Assembly: GCA_020630635.1 (NCBI GenBank)
Contig: JAHDBB010000001.1
Location: 1 to 56,964 of the forward strand
From: Chitinophagales bacterium
GTDB lineage: Bacteria > Bacteroidota > Bacteroidia > Chitinophagales > UBA2359
Length of the DNA stretch: 56,964 bases
Direction of reading: 5' to 3'
In this document: positions 1 to 7,582 of the stretch, piece after piece
How positions within the stretch are numbered: position 1 is the stretch's first letter
Layout of the letters: each line of letters starts with the position of its first letter
Made by a program: the position numbers and the translations under genes
Notes under the pieces: generated by a model
What the model saw: only the letters and a program-made list of their open reading frames with translations
Database searches by the model: none
What the model was told of the DNA's origin: nothing

Positions 1-65
1 TCTAGGATCAAATTTCCCTAACCAAAATTTGTACACTTATTTTTCACTCGTTCCTTAATACACTT

Positions 66-143
66 GGATCATTAGCTCAGTTGGTTTAGAGCGCTGCCTT
101 GACAGGGCAGAGGTCACTGGTTCGAATCCAGTATGATCCACCA
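66..143 (+). tRNA. tRNA-Val (anticodon GAC); its 3' end overlaps the element attachment core
   Basis: Cloverleaf read by eye: acceptor GGATCAT/ATGATCC, D arm GCTC/GAGC, anticodon stem CTGCC/GGCAG with loop TTGACAG (GAC), T arm ACTGG-TTCGAAT-CCAGT, discriminator A140, CCA 141-143. Confidence 0.9.
126..142. repeat. attL core, 17-bp ATCCAGTATGATCCACC (tRNA 3' end)
   Basis: Identical 17-mer at 126-142, 28518-28534 and 56910-56926, spaced exactly 28392 bp. Flanks differ on the outer sides only. Confidence 0.9.
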
Positions 144-190
144 CGCAAAGCGTGAATCAACCTGCCTCATTACGTTTCAAGCCTCCCATT

Positions 191-226
191 TTGCTGCTGT
201 GTCAATTCCTTCTGACACAGCAGCAA
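191..226 (+). repeat. 14-bp perfect inverted repeat TTGCTGCTGTGTCA/TGACACAGCAGCAA (8-nt loop); candidate terminator and/or pair of integrase arm sites
   Basis: Arms at 191-204 and 213-226, followed by TTTAATTT. Each arm contains the TGTGTCA motif that is also repeated at the other end of the element. Confidence 0.6.
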
Positions 227-257
227 TTTAATTTCAATATGTTTCTGTCACTCACAA

Positions 258-1418
258 ATGTTTCTAGCCATGAAAAAACTAGCGAAACTCAAAAAAAATA
301 AGCGTTGGCAAGTGGAGTATTATTGGAAGGGAAAAAGGCAGCGTGTAGCAGGCTTTAACCATGTTAAGGATGAAGCGGAACGGGAAAAGAAATACATAGA
401 GCTGATTGAAGATATTAACGATTGTCTGAAGGCTGGACTGGAGCCTAATGAAGAAAACTTGGAATTGGCAAAGGAAGGACGTTTGGAAAAAAGAGGTAAA
501 ACTATTCGTGAGGCTTATGAAATGGCTGTGAAAGTAGCTGTAAATAACAAAAGCAAAACAACTATTCGCAACTATACTAACTATGTCAATATATTTCTGA
601 ATTGGCTAAAGGATCAGCAAAAGGATGAGTGTTTAATTGTTGAATTAAGTAAAGCGGATATTGTCGCTTACCTGGATTATTTGAGATTGGAAAGAAAAAC
701 ATATGATGATAAGAGCCTTTCAGATAATACAATCTACAATTATCATAATGTGCTTTCAATTGTTTCTGATAAGTTGGTAGAGCGTGGATTAATGAAAGAA
801 AATCTTTTTGGACTCATTAAAAAGCGAAAGCCAAGTATAAGTCCAAAGAAGCCTTATAGTAAAATTGCTCAAAAAAAGATAATGGAGTATGTGAGGGAAC
901 AGGCTCCAGAAATGATATTACCTATCTCGTTAACATTTATAGGTCTTAGACAAACAGAAAAGACCAGGCTGAAAATTAAGCATATTTATTTGTCTGAACA
1001 GAAATTGAGATTACCAGCAGGGCAAGTTGACCACAAAAATAAAGACCACATAACAATTAATATTCCTGATTTTCTTGCGCCTCTTTTGGCGTACCACATT
1101 AAAGACTGTCCTGTTAATTGGTATGTATTTGGTGTGCAGGCTAAAGGTGATCCTGGTTTAATGCCTGGGCCTGTTCCAATTAATACTAAGCGATTTACAA
1201 GGAGGTGGAAGCGGATCAGGAGAGATTTGTCTTTGTCTGTAGATGAAACGATGTATATGTTTAAACATACGGGTCTTTACGAGATGTGGAAAGCAGGTGT
1301 TGGACCGCTTGACCTTCAACGCCAGATGAAACACAAGGATTTTAGTTCAACTCAACGTTATATTGGATGGTTTGAAAACGGACCAACAGATGATAAGATT
1401 AATCAGGTTTCTTTGTGA
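258..1418 (+). CDS. int: Tyrosine recombinase (integrase)
   Basis: 386 aa, adjacent to attL. N-terminal arm-binding-like KRWQVEYYWKGKRQR. C-terminal catalytic-type residues GLRQTE (R), MFKHTG, MKHKD (H) and STQRY (Y nucleophile). Start may be M5 at 270. Confidence 0.9.
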   Translation: MFLAMKKLAKLKKNKRWQVEYYWKGKRQRVAGFNHVKDEAEREKKYIELIEDINDCLKAGLEPNEENLELAKEGRLEKRGKTIREAYEMAVKVAVNNKSKTTIRNYTNYVNIFLNWLKDQQKDECLIVELSKADIVAYLDYLRLERKTYDDKSLSDNTIYNYHNVLSIVSDKLVERGLMKENLFGLIKKRKPSISPKKPYSKIAQKKIMEYVREQAPEMILPISLTFIGLRQTEKTRLKIKHIYLSEQKLRLPAGQVDHKNKDHITINIPDFLAPLLAYHIKDCPVNWYVFGVQAKGDPGLMPGPVPINTKRFTRRWKRIRRDLSLSVDETMYMFKHTGLYEMWKAGVGPLDLQRQMKHKDFSSTQRYIGWFENGPTDDKINQVSL

Positions 1419-1601
1419 TTTTTTTTTGGGGTTCGCTGTGTGATGGGAGTGCATGTGATTTCGTCTTTATGTTTTCTTAAATACAATATTTGCGGTGGTT
1501 TTGCCGTTGTTTATGGTGTGATTTGGTTGCCTTAGAACAGTAAGCTCGCTTTACTTTCTTTTATTTATTCGTCTGACAAGATTAATCAGGTTTCTTTGTG
1601 A
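1392..1601. repeat. 27-bp direct repeat (1 mismatch) at the 3' ends of two convergent genes
   Basis: GATAAGATTAATCAGGTTTCTTTGTGA at 1392-1418 (integrase C-terminus plus stop) and GACAAGATTAATCAGGTTTCTTTGTGA at 1575-1601 (antisense to the last codons of the 204-aa gene). Confidence 0.8.
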
Positions 1602-2200
1602 GTCATTTTAAAGAAATCTTCTTGAGTAATTTCTCTTGCTATCGAGTATTTGTCTATAAAACTACCTTTCCCAAAGGAGGTAAATTTATATCCGTCACAA
1701 TGGAAACCATATGGTGAAAATTCTCCAGGAGTAATGGAAAGCCCTAGTTTTTTTGCTTTTGCTATTATTTCGTTTTTGCCATTAGCTTTGTAGTTTGCAG
1801 TAAATTTGAAACTATTTTTATGTTCTTGTTGGTCATTTATCAGTCTTTCTTTATGGTGGTTGTAGGGAAAACTGTAAGTAATACTTTGTCTCGGCACTAT
1901 CATTTTATTCTCTTCTTGCTCAATGTCTGCTAGTTTCAATATTCTGATGTGTAGTCCTTTGATTATTGCGTGTCCTTTTAGTGTGAGTTGATACATCTTT
2001 GTCTTGTTTCCTCCCTTAGTTGATTTACTGGGCTTTGTGTGATGAGTTACTAAGCCTTCTTTTTCTAATGCCTTTAGGGTATTGTATATCCCTCCAAGAC
2101 TTAATTCAATGCCATATTTCGGGGCTTCTATATGTAATCCTAGTCCGTGTAAGTTTTTCTTTCTAAGTAAGCTTAATACAGCTATTTTATTTAAAGTCAT
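1586..2200 (-). CDS. PadR-like winged-helix transcriptional regulator with an unknown C-terminal domain
   Basis: N-terminus IAVLSLLRKKNLHGLGL...GGIYNTLKALEKEGLV...KMYQLTLKG fits the PadR wHTH pattern. 204 aa. Confidence 0.55.
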   Translation of the reverse strand: MTLNKIAVLSLLRKKNLHGLGLHIEAPKYGIELSLGGIYNTLKALEKEGLVTHHTKPSKSTKGGNKTKMYQLTLKGHAIIKGLHIRILKLADIEQEENKMIVPRQSITYSFPYNHHKERLINDQQEHKNSFKFTANYKANGKNEIIAKAKKLGLSITPGEFSPYGFHCDGYKFTSFGKGSFIDKYSIAREITQEDFFKMTHKET

Positions 2201-2215
2201 CTCTTCTTATTTTTT

Positions 2216-2250
2216 AAGCTTGCAGGTGTAATATAAGCACCTGCAAGCTT
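2216..2250. promoter_or_regulatory. 13-bp perfect palindrome AAGCTTGCAGGTG(9 nt)CACCTGCAAGCTT between the 203-aa and PadR-like genes; operator or transcriptional stop
   Basis: Arms at 2216-2228 and 2238-2250, 16-50 nt upstream of the PadR-like start codon (2200). Confidence 0.45.
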
Positions 2251-2257
2251 TGTTTAT

Positions 2258-2869
2258 TTAGTGGTTGTATGCAACAGCCACCAAGTAAATTTCAAAGTCT
2301 TCTAAATTATTCAGGTATTCACCAAAAAGACCAGTAGTCCACTCGATTTTATTTTCTCGTGCTTCAAAATGTAAGTCCATTTGGTCACGGTAAGATACTC
2401 CTCCTGAGTCTTCTGGACATATGAATATGTCATCATCTTCATCAATGTAAAATATGGGTTTGTTTAGGTCGGATAAATACACTTGTCCTTTATATTCTAA
2501 GATGTTGATAAAGTCAGAGTCAATCAACTGAAAGGCACATCTTCTATTGTCAATCCTGATGAAAAAAGCGATTTTGCTATTTTCTGAATGAGTTCGTAAA
2601 ATTGCCAGTAGAGAATAAAGTATTTCATCAAATCCTGAATTTATACTTAGTTCCATGACTAAATTTGTCAATGCTTCTCTTATGGCTCTTATTTCTTCTT
2701 GAAACCATGCTGGTGATGTTTTTGTATGTTCTTTCATGTTTCTTTTTAATTCGTAAAATTTATAGTAAAAGTGGATTCTTCGTGCTGTAAAGCCATCAAT
2801 TAAATAGAATGGCTTTATAGATTCCTTCTCGAGTTGTTGGATGTATTGTGGTAGGTCGGCTTTACTCAT
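2258..2869 (-). CDS. Hypothetical protein (203 aa)
   Basis: Long ORF in an operon-like array. Its start overlaps the upstream gene end by 8 nt. No motif recognised. Confidence 0.6.
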   Translation of the reverse strand: MSKADLPQYIQQLEKESIKPFYLIDGFTARRIHFYYKFYELKRNMKEHTKTSPAWFQEEIRAIREALTNLVMELSINSGFDEILYSLLAILRTHSENSKIAFFIRIDNRRCAFQLIDSDFINILEYKGQVYLSDLNKPIFYIDEDDDIFICPEDSGGVSYRDQMDLHFEARENKIEWTTGLFGEYLNNLEDFEIYLVAVAYNH

Positions 2870-3269
2870 TTTTGCGCTCTTCCTTTAATTTGTTTACTTC
2901 ATTTCTTAGATCAAGTAATTCTCTGTTGACTACCTCGAACCTTTTGAGTAAGTGGTCTGTGTCTGTAGTATTGGTGAATGTGTTGCCAACATTCTCTGAT
3001 ATTCCTAATAGTGCCTGTGAAATTGATGTCATGAAATCTCTTTCATATCCTAATGTTATCGCTATAGCCTCTAGTGCGCTTGGATGTCCGTCATCAATAG
3101 ATACTTGGTTGGCTCTAGCTAAGATTAGATTCTTTTGCAATTGAGCTGCAAGATTTAGTAAGTAGATGGATGTTTCTTGATTTGGTGTTCCTACATGGTA
3201 TTTTTTATGCAATATATCTGCTATTTCTCCATGTTCCCTTACTAGGTTATCTGTGTTATAATTGTTCAT
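2862..3269 (-). CDS. Hypothetical protein (135 aa) with a C-terminal coiled-coil tail
   Basis: ORF with the heptad-like C-terminus RFEVVNRELLDLRNEVNKLKEERK. Overlaps the next gene. Confidence 0.6.
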   Translation of the reverse strand: MNNYNTDNLVREHGEIADILHKKYHVGTPNQETSIYLLNLAAQLQKNLILARANQVSIDDGHPSALEAIAITLGYERDFMTSISQALLGISENVGNTFTNTTDTDHLLKRFEVVNRELLDLRNEVNKLKEERKNE

Positions 3270-3367
3270 TATTTGATTTTTTCTGTATGAATTAATAAGT
3301 TAACTACAATCCAGTAAAAGTTTATATGCTCATAAATATGAGTTAATGCCTTTTCTGGTGTATTCCT

Positions 3368-4441
3368 TCAAGCGTTGGAAAATTCAGTTCCATCATCATT
3401 GTCGCCAGAGAACCAATTAGCAACATCGGAACTATCAGGAGCGGGTGGCAAACATTGTAACACGTCGTTCTCTAGTTCTTTTATTCTTTCTTCTTTGTCT
3501 TTGAGCCTTGCCTCTAGGTGTTTCTTTTCTTTTTCTAATTGTTGACAGGTGTTGCTGGACGCTAACATTTTGCCTGTTAGATTGTTTTTTTCGGCTCTAT
3601 ATTCGCCTACCATTAGTTTGTAATCATCCCTTTGACTCTCTGTTAGCTTTAATATGCCTTTTAGATTGTCAATTGTTGCTGCTTGTGCCTTTGTATTAGA
3701 TAGTGTTTCCTCTGTCTCCTCTACTAAGGTCTTTATTCTTTCCTCCAAATGCCTCTTTTCGTCTTTCAATGTCCCTACTTCTGCTTTGTATTTGTTGCTT
3801 ATTTGCTCCAGTTGCTTATAGTCTTTGCCTATTTTCTTGAAATTGTTTTCTAGGGTTCTGTAATCCTCTTGGAGCTGCTTTATTTGATTAATTCCATCAG
3901 TTGCCAATGTCATTCCTTCTTTTTTGAGCATAGCAATAATATTACCTTGCTCTTCTACTTTTTTAGTCAATGTATCACCGCTTAAAATATGGTCTCTTAT
4001 TTGATCTTTGTATCTTTTGATCGTGCCTTCTCGTAATTCAATTCCAGCCTTTGCCTCTGCGGTTACTCTGTCAAGTTCTTCTTTGTTGAACTCGTTCTGT
4101 TTTTTTACTTTTTGGAGTTCTTCCTTTAACGCATTTAATTCAAGTAGATATTTGTCTCTTTCTATTGTTGCGTTATTGTATTCCTTTTCAAGCTGTTCTA
4201 CTTTCAAGATTTCCTTTATTTTGTAATCTTCTCTTGTAAAGAATTTCAAAAAAATATCTAATCCTTCCTGTGCTTTTTCTGTACTTCCCATGCCCGTTAG
4301 ACGCTCAAATAGGTTGATTATTGGCATATCTAATGAATCAAGAAAGTCACTAGCTAAGTCGTAAAAGTCATCAATTTGACGATCTAAATAATCGGCTGCT
4401 TGCTTTGCTTCTTCGGTTGAAATATCAAAGGTAAATTTCAT
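3368..4441 (-). CDS. Coiled-coil protein (357 aa), function unknown
   Basis: K/E/L-rich heptad sequence through most of its length. Acidic C-terminal tail. Confidence 0.7.
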   Translation of the reverse strand: MKFTFDISTEEAKQAADYLDRQIDDFYDLASDFLDSLDMPIINLFERLTGMGSTEKAQEGLDIFLKFFTREDYKIKEILKVEQLEKEYNNATIERDKYLLELNALKEELQKVKKQNEFNKEELDRVTAEAKAGIELREGTIKRYKDQIRDHILSGDTLTKKVEEQGNIIAMLKKEGMTLATDGINQIKQLQEDYRTLENNFKKIGKDYKQLEQISNKYKAEVGTLKDEKRHLEERIKTLVEETEETLSNTKAQAATIDNLKGILKLTESQRDDYKLMVGEYRAEKNNLTGKMLASSNTCQQLEKEKKHLEARLKDKEERIKELENDVLQCLPPAPDSSDVANWFSGDNDDGTEFSNA

Positions 4442-4504
4442 TTTTGTTTTAATTTTTAATTTTTAAAATTAATGTGTAGAAGGACAGAGATTTATTTAAA
4501 TAAC

Positions 4505-4708
4505 TTAATCTCTGTTTTTTAATAATATACTCAAGTTGAGATTATGTCTTTGTAGGTTTTTATTTTGCTTTTTAAGTTCCAATATCTCCTCCTGTAGCTC
4601 AAGTCTGTCCAGCTTCTCTTTTACCCATAGTTTTCTATATTCCTCTGTCTCAGATTCAGCCTCTTGCAACTCTGTCTTCAAAAAAGCAATTGTGTCCTGT
4701 GGATTCAT
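4505..4708 (-). CDS. Small coiled-coil protein (67 aa)
   Basis: Leucine-zipper-like LQEEILELKKQNKNLQ. Lies directly downstream of a terminator and upstream of the 357-aa gene. Confidence 0.5.
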   Translation of the reverse strand: MNPQDTIAFLKTELQEAESETEEYRKLWVKEKLDRLELQEEILELKKQNKNLQRHNLNLSILLKNRD

Positions 4709-4750
4709 TTTTTACAATGTATTGCAGGTTAAATAATTTTAATACATCCT

Positions 4751-4789
4751 TTAAAAACCCTTGTCCGCCCAAGTACGGACAAGGGTTTT
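4751..4789 (-). terminator. Rho-independent terminator after the 329-aa gene
   Basis: Minus strand: AAAACCCTTGTCCG-loop-CGGACAAGGGTTTTT, a 12-14-bp GC-containing stem followed by a T run. Overlaps the stop codon. Confidence 0.75.
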
Positions 4790-5777
4790 ACGGGGTAGGG
4801 CAGGGCTGTTGATAAAGTTCGTCACGTACAAATTCTGCGAATAAATACATGGTGCCTTGCTCCTCTTTTAGTAAGTTCAAATCAATTAAATTTGACTTGG
4901 AAAGCTTCTTTTTTAGGAAGGTCATTCTTCCTAATTTCCTACGTAGGGAATCAGGTTTTAATCCTAATTCTTTTGCTACGTCATTGTATGGTATCCAATT
5001 TCTATCAATTCCAGTTAGTACTTCTTTAGTCTTGGTATTAGTATCTAATTCTATCTTGATAGTTTCCTCTGGTTGTTTCTTTCTTTGCCTTTTTAGTTTT
5101 CTAAATTGATAGGAGTCTAATTCAATCCCATCAACTTTTTTTAAGGCTTCCTCTAAGCGTGTGTCATTGTAATAGATCGGTTGGAATGTTGGGGCAGTTT
5201 GTGCTGTATTCGCAAAATGTCTGCAACACAATTCAAGGTCGTGGCGTGTGCGTACTTGTTTTGCGTTCCAAAAATCCGTTCTCAACATTTCAATCATTTC
5301 TGTGATGCTGTTGGTTTTGCCTGCTCCAATGACTCCAGCAACGAATAAAAATCCGTGTGGTGTCATTATTTCGGGCAATTCCTTGTTTTCGCCAATCTTA
5401 ATCCTTGTAATGGACTTTTCGTAATGCTCACATACCAAAAGCCTTTTTCCGTTTTTTTCCACTATTACTTTCATTCCTCTTGTCTCATTTGGTTTGTTTC
5501 TTGACAATTGGAGTTTTGATCTATTGCCCAACAGCTCGAAGCTCCAAAGCCAATCTAAGTACCTGGTAATATAGTATTGTACAGAACTTAGTTTGTATAA
5601 GAGATAGGAGACTATTGGGAGAATGATAAATGACACCAATGCTATTGTTAATGTGGCTCCCAAAATCACTGTAGAAAGATAGGTGACAGGTGTGTATTGA
5701 TCGTGTGTTTCTGCAATGATGATTAAGGAGATGACATTGATGGCTAGTATAATGTGGATGGTCTTGAATGATCTCAT
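4788..5777 (-). CDS. Membrane-anchored protein with a P-loop (Walker A) motif
   Basis: Two N-terminal hydrophobic helices (IILAINVISLIIIA; VILGATLTIALVSFIILPIV), then Walker A VAGVIGAGKTNS. No clear Walker B seen. C-terminus has an HTH-like segment. Confidence 0.6.
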   Translation of the reverse strand: MRSFKTIHIILAINVISLIIIAETHDQYTPVTYLSTVILGATLTIALVSFIILPIVSYLLYKLSSVQYYITRYLDWLWSFELLGNRSKLQLSRNKPNETRGMKVIVEKNGKRLLVCEHYEKSITRIKIGENKELPEIMTPHGFLFVAGVIGAGKTNSITEMIEMLRTDFWNAKQVRTRHDLELCCRHFANTAQTAPTFQPIYYNDTRLEEALKKVDGIELDSYQFRKLKRQRKKQPEETIKIELDTNTKTKEVLTGIDRNWIPYNDVAKELGLKPDSLRRKLGRMTFLKKKLSKSNLIDLNLLKEEQGTMYLFAEFVRDELYQQPCPTP

Positions 5778-5781
5778 AAGC

Positions 5782-6138
5782 CTATATTGAAAGGAGCATT
5801 AGCAGCCCTATTATATTACAGGCTATGCTGGCTAAAAGACTTATGATGAGTACCTTAATCAACCAAAGTGGTGTATTAGGATGATGATTGTGGTTGATAA
5901 TGGTGTTGTGGCTGTTCTTATTGCTGGTATTGGATGGGGGAGGTATGCCGTATAGTGGTTGACCTTGTGTTCCTCTAATAATTGGATAATTAGCCTCTAA
6001 ATGGCTTTTTAATTGTCTTTTAGTGATAAACTTTTTGCCTGGTAAATTTACCTGCTCAATTGGTAAATAAACCAATTCTGGAATGAGGTTCATAATGCGT
6101 TGATTTGTGTTTTTTAGAGAAAAGAAATCCGTAGGCAC
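5782..6138 (-). CDS. Small protein with a C-terminal transmembrane anchor
   Basis: C-terminus LWLIKVLIISLLASIACNIIGLLMLL. A hairpin TCCGTAG/CTACGGA (6128-6148) covers the first ATG, so the true start is probably M16 (6093). Confidence 0.5.
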   Translation of the reverse strand: MPTDFFSLKNTNQRIMNLIPELVYLPIEQVNLPGKKFITKRQLKSHLEANYPIIRGTQGQPLYGIPPPSNTSNKNSHNTIINHNHHPNTPLWLIKVLIISLLASIACNIIGLLMLLSI

Positions 6139-6362
6139 TCACTACGGATTCATACAAGAGGAGTAAACAGTATGCAAATGAAATAATGTTGAGTGCAGCT
6201 CAAAAATAAACTATTGTAATTTTAATTGCAAGTTTATTTATAATTTTATTTACAATCTTATAAAATATTTATAGAAAATTCCGGCTATTTTTATTTCTAC
6301 AGTTATTTTTTACTAATTTTAGAGCGACAAAACAAACACAGAATATTTTTGCGGAATTGGTA

Positions 6363-6465
6363 TATCTTTGTGCCAAATCTGTAAATTTATTAACATGGAA
6401 GTCGTTTCTCACTTTGTCCAGTCTGTGTCTGGGTGTCGCATCGTGGGGGCGGCTTTCTCCATTTT
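6363..6465 (+). promoter_or_regulatory. Bacteroidota-type -7 promoter box plus a conserved structured 5' leader (copy A)
   Basis: TATCTTTG (6363-6370) fits TAnnTTTG. The following ~95 nt are nearly identical to the reverse complement of 23551-23663. The central hairpin CCAG..CTGG is replaced there by CCGT..ACGG. Confidence 0.6.
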
Positions 6466-6469
6466 ATGA
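6395..6469 (+). CDS. Possible 24-codon upstream ORF within the leader (MEVVSHFVQSVSGCRIVGAAFSIL)
   Basis: The ATG sits in the conserved core. Its stop TGA overlaps the downstream start (ATGA). A homologous 23-codon ORF is in leader copy B. Confidence 0.25.
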   Translation: MEVVSHFVQSVSGCRIVGAAFSIL

Positions 6470-6801
6470 GTACCATGTTGAAACAAAATGATTTAAAAGC
6501 GAATGACACTAGCTTAGTAGTAACTTACAATGAAGGCAAAGGGAAAGACAGTTACTTGATTGAACGATTAGCACCTTTGAGCTATGATCAATTAAAGAAA
6601 GACTTTGAAACCAACACTTTCCTATTGTTTGAGACTATGGACGCAAAGACATTATCAAATGCATTGCTCCAAAAGGATGCACTAGAAGCCATTGTGAGGG
6701 GTGGCATTGATGAAGAATTAATACATGAGTTGGTACGGCTGCAATTGCTGTTCGATATGCTGCGAACTTCTGAACAGTCAGCAGAATTATTGAGGGAATA
6801 G
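6466..6801 (+). CDS. Helical ~111-aa protein, paralog of 23221-23550; function unknown
   Basis: Alignable with the 109-aa protein (LSYDQLKKDF / MSYEDLKHEF; LVRLQLLFDMLRTSE / LVYLQLLYDLLSTAD). The track's GTG start at 6433 lies in the conserved leader, so ATG 6466 is preferred. Confidence 0.7.
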   Translation: MSTMLKQNDLKANDTSLVVTYNEGKGKDSYLIERLAPLSYDQLKKDFETNTFLLFETMDAKTLSNALLQKDALEAIVRGGIDEELIHELVRLQLLFDMLRTSEQSAELLRE

Positions 6802-6824
6802 ATTTATTGGCTTAAAATGAGAAA

Positions 6825-6859
6825 AGGCATCTGGGGGTTTTCCTAGATGCCTTTTTTTT
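6825..6859 (+). terminator. Rho-independent terminator
   Basis: AGGCATCT(12 nt)AGATGCCT followed by TTTTTTTT. Confidence 0.75.
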
Positions 6860-7000
6860 GTTTTATGTATCTTTTATTTTTATTATTTGATACTCAGTTT
6901 TTTTTTGGTTTTTATTTTATTGTTGATTTTCAATGTTTTACATTTTTTCTCCTGGTGAGCTGGTCCGTTCCATTATTTTTTTTTACTAAGCGTAAGGAAT

Positions 7001-7582
7001 TTAAATCAATTTCCATCCATCATTAAATTGCTGCAAAGAAATACCATTATTTTTCCCATTTTCCATTTCAGAAATAGCTATTCCTATCCTGGATAAATTA
7101 GCATAATTGAAATCAAAAAAATCATTCCTTCCAATACCTGTTTTCCTAGACACATAATTAATATAGGCTTCCTGATCCGTAGCAGACCAACGTTTAATCA
7201 ATCCGTTTAAGTTTTTCAGGTTGTGCTTGTAATAATAGGTGTTCAATGTTTTTATCATTGCCCTAGTGCCATAAGCGAGGCAAATAAATTGCTCAAAGGT
7301 GCCATCAGTATTATTACTTTCAGGAACTTTGCCCAGCCAATCATTGGCCGCTTCTATCTTAATATTTCCAACATTGTTATTTCTCCAGCCACGTTTTAAG
7401 CCAAATCGACCTAAGTAAGATTCACAAGCAGTTTCTGTTGATTCTGGAAGGTTGGGTATGATTGGGGGTAGGGTAGGGTTAAGGGGTTTTGACCTCCTTT
7501 TGTTCTCGATCAGGAAGAGAAAAAGAAGCGAAATGGACAACAAAAAGTAAACATAAATATAATTGAATTTCATTGCTACCAA
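7001..7582 (-). CDS. Membrane-anchored protein, possibly cell-wall-acting (family not recognised)
   Basis: N-terminal TM YIYVYFLLSISLLFLFLI, Pro-rich linker PLNPTLPPIIPNLP, then a globular domain (GWRNNNVGNIK). Translationally coupled to the two peptidase-like genes upstream. Confidence 0.6.
   Translation of the reverse strand: MVAMKFNYIYVYFLLSISLLFLFLIENKRRSKPLNPTLPPIIPNLPESTETACESYLGRFGLKRGWRNNNVGNIKIEAANDWLGKVPESNNTDGTFEQFICLAYGTRAMIKTLNTYYYKHNLKNLNGLIKRWSATDQEAYINYVSRKTGIGRNDFFDFNYANLSRIGIAISEMENGKNNGISLQQFNDGWKLI

Noticed and set aside
2848-3144. 98-aa plus-strand ORF, and many similar antisense or out-of-frame ORFs (e.g. 3508-3699, 4008-4226, 4536-4736, 4849-5109, 8468-8782, 8602-8925, 18330-18698, 19494-19817, 25486-26112)
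   Set aside because: Each lies fully inside a longer, better supported ORF on the opposite strand or in another frame. Their composition is low-complexity (Ser/Leu/Phe-rich), typical of shadow ORFs, and none has independent start or terminator signals.
3368-4441. 357-aa coiled-coil protein considered as a tape measure protein
   Set aside because: It is far too short for a tape measure. It has no Gly/hydrophobic segments or lytic domains, and no other tail gene is present.
6433-6465. N-terminal extension MSHRGGGFLHF of the 122-aa ORF (GTG start at 6433)
   Set aside because: This segment lies in the nucleotide-conserved leader shared with the paralog at 23551-23663. There the equivalent frame is not part of the protein. 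ATG 6466 gives a protein collinear with the 109-aa paralog.
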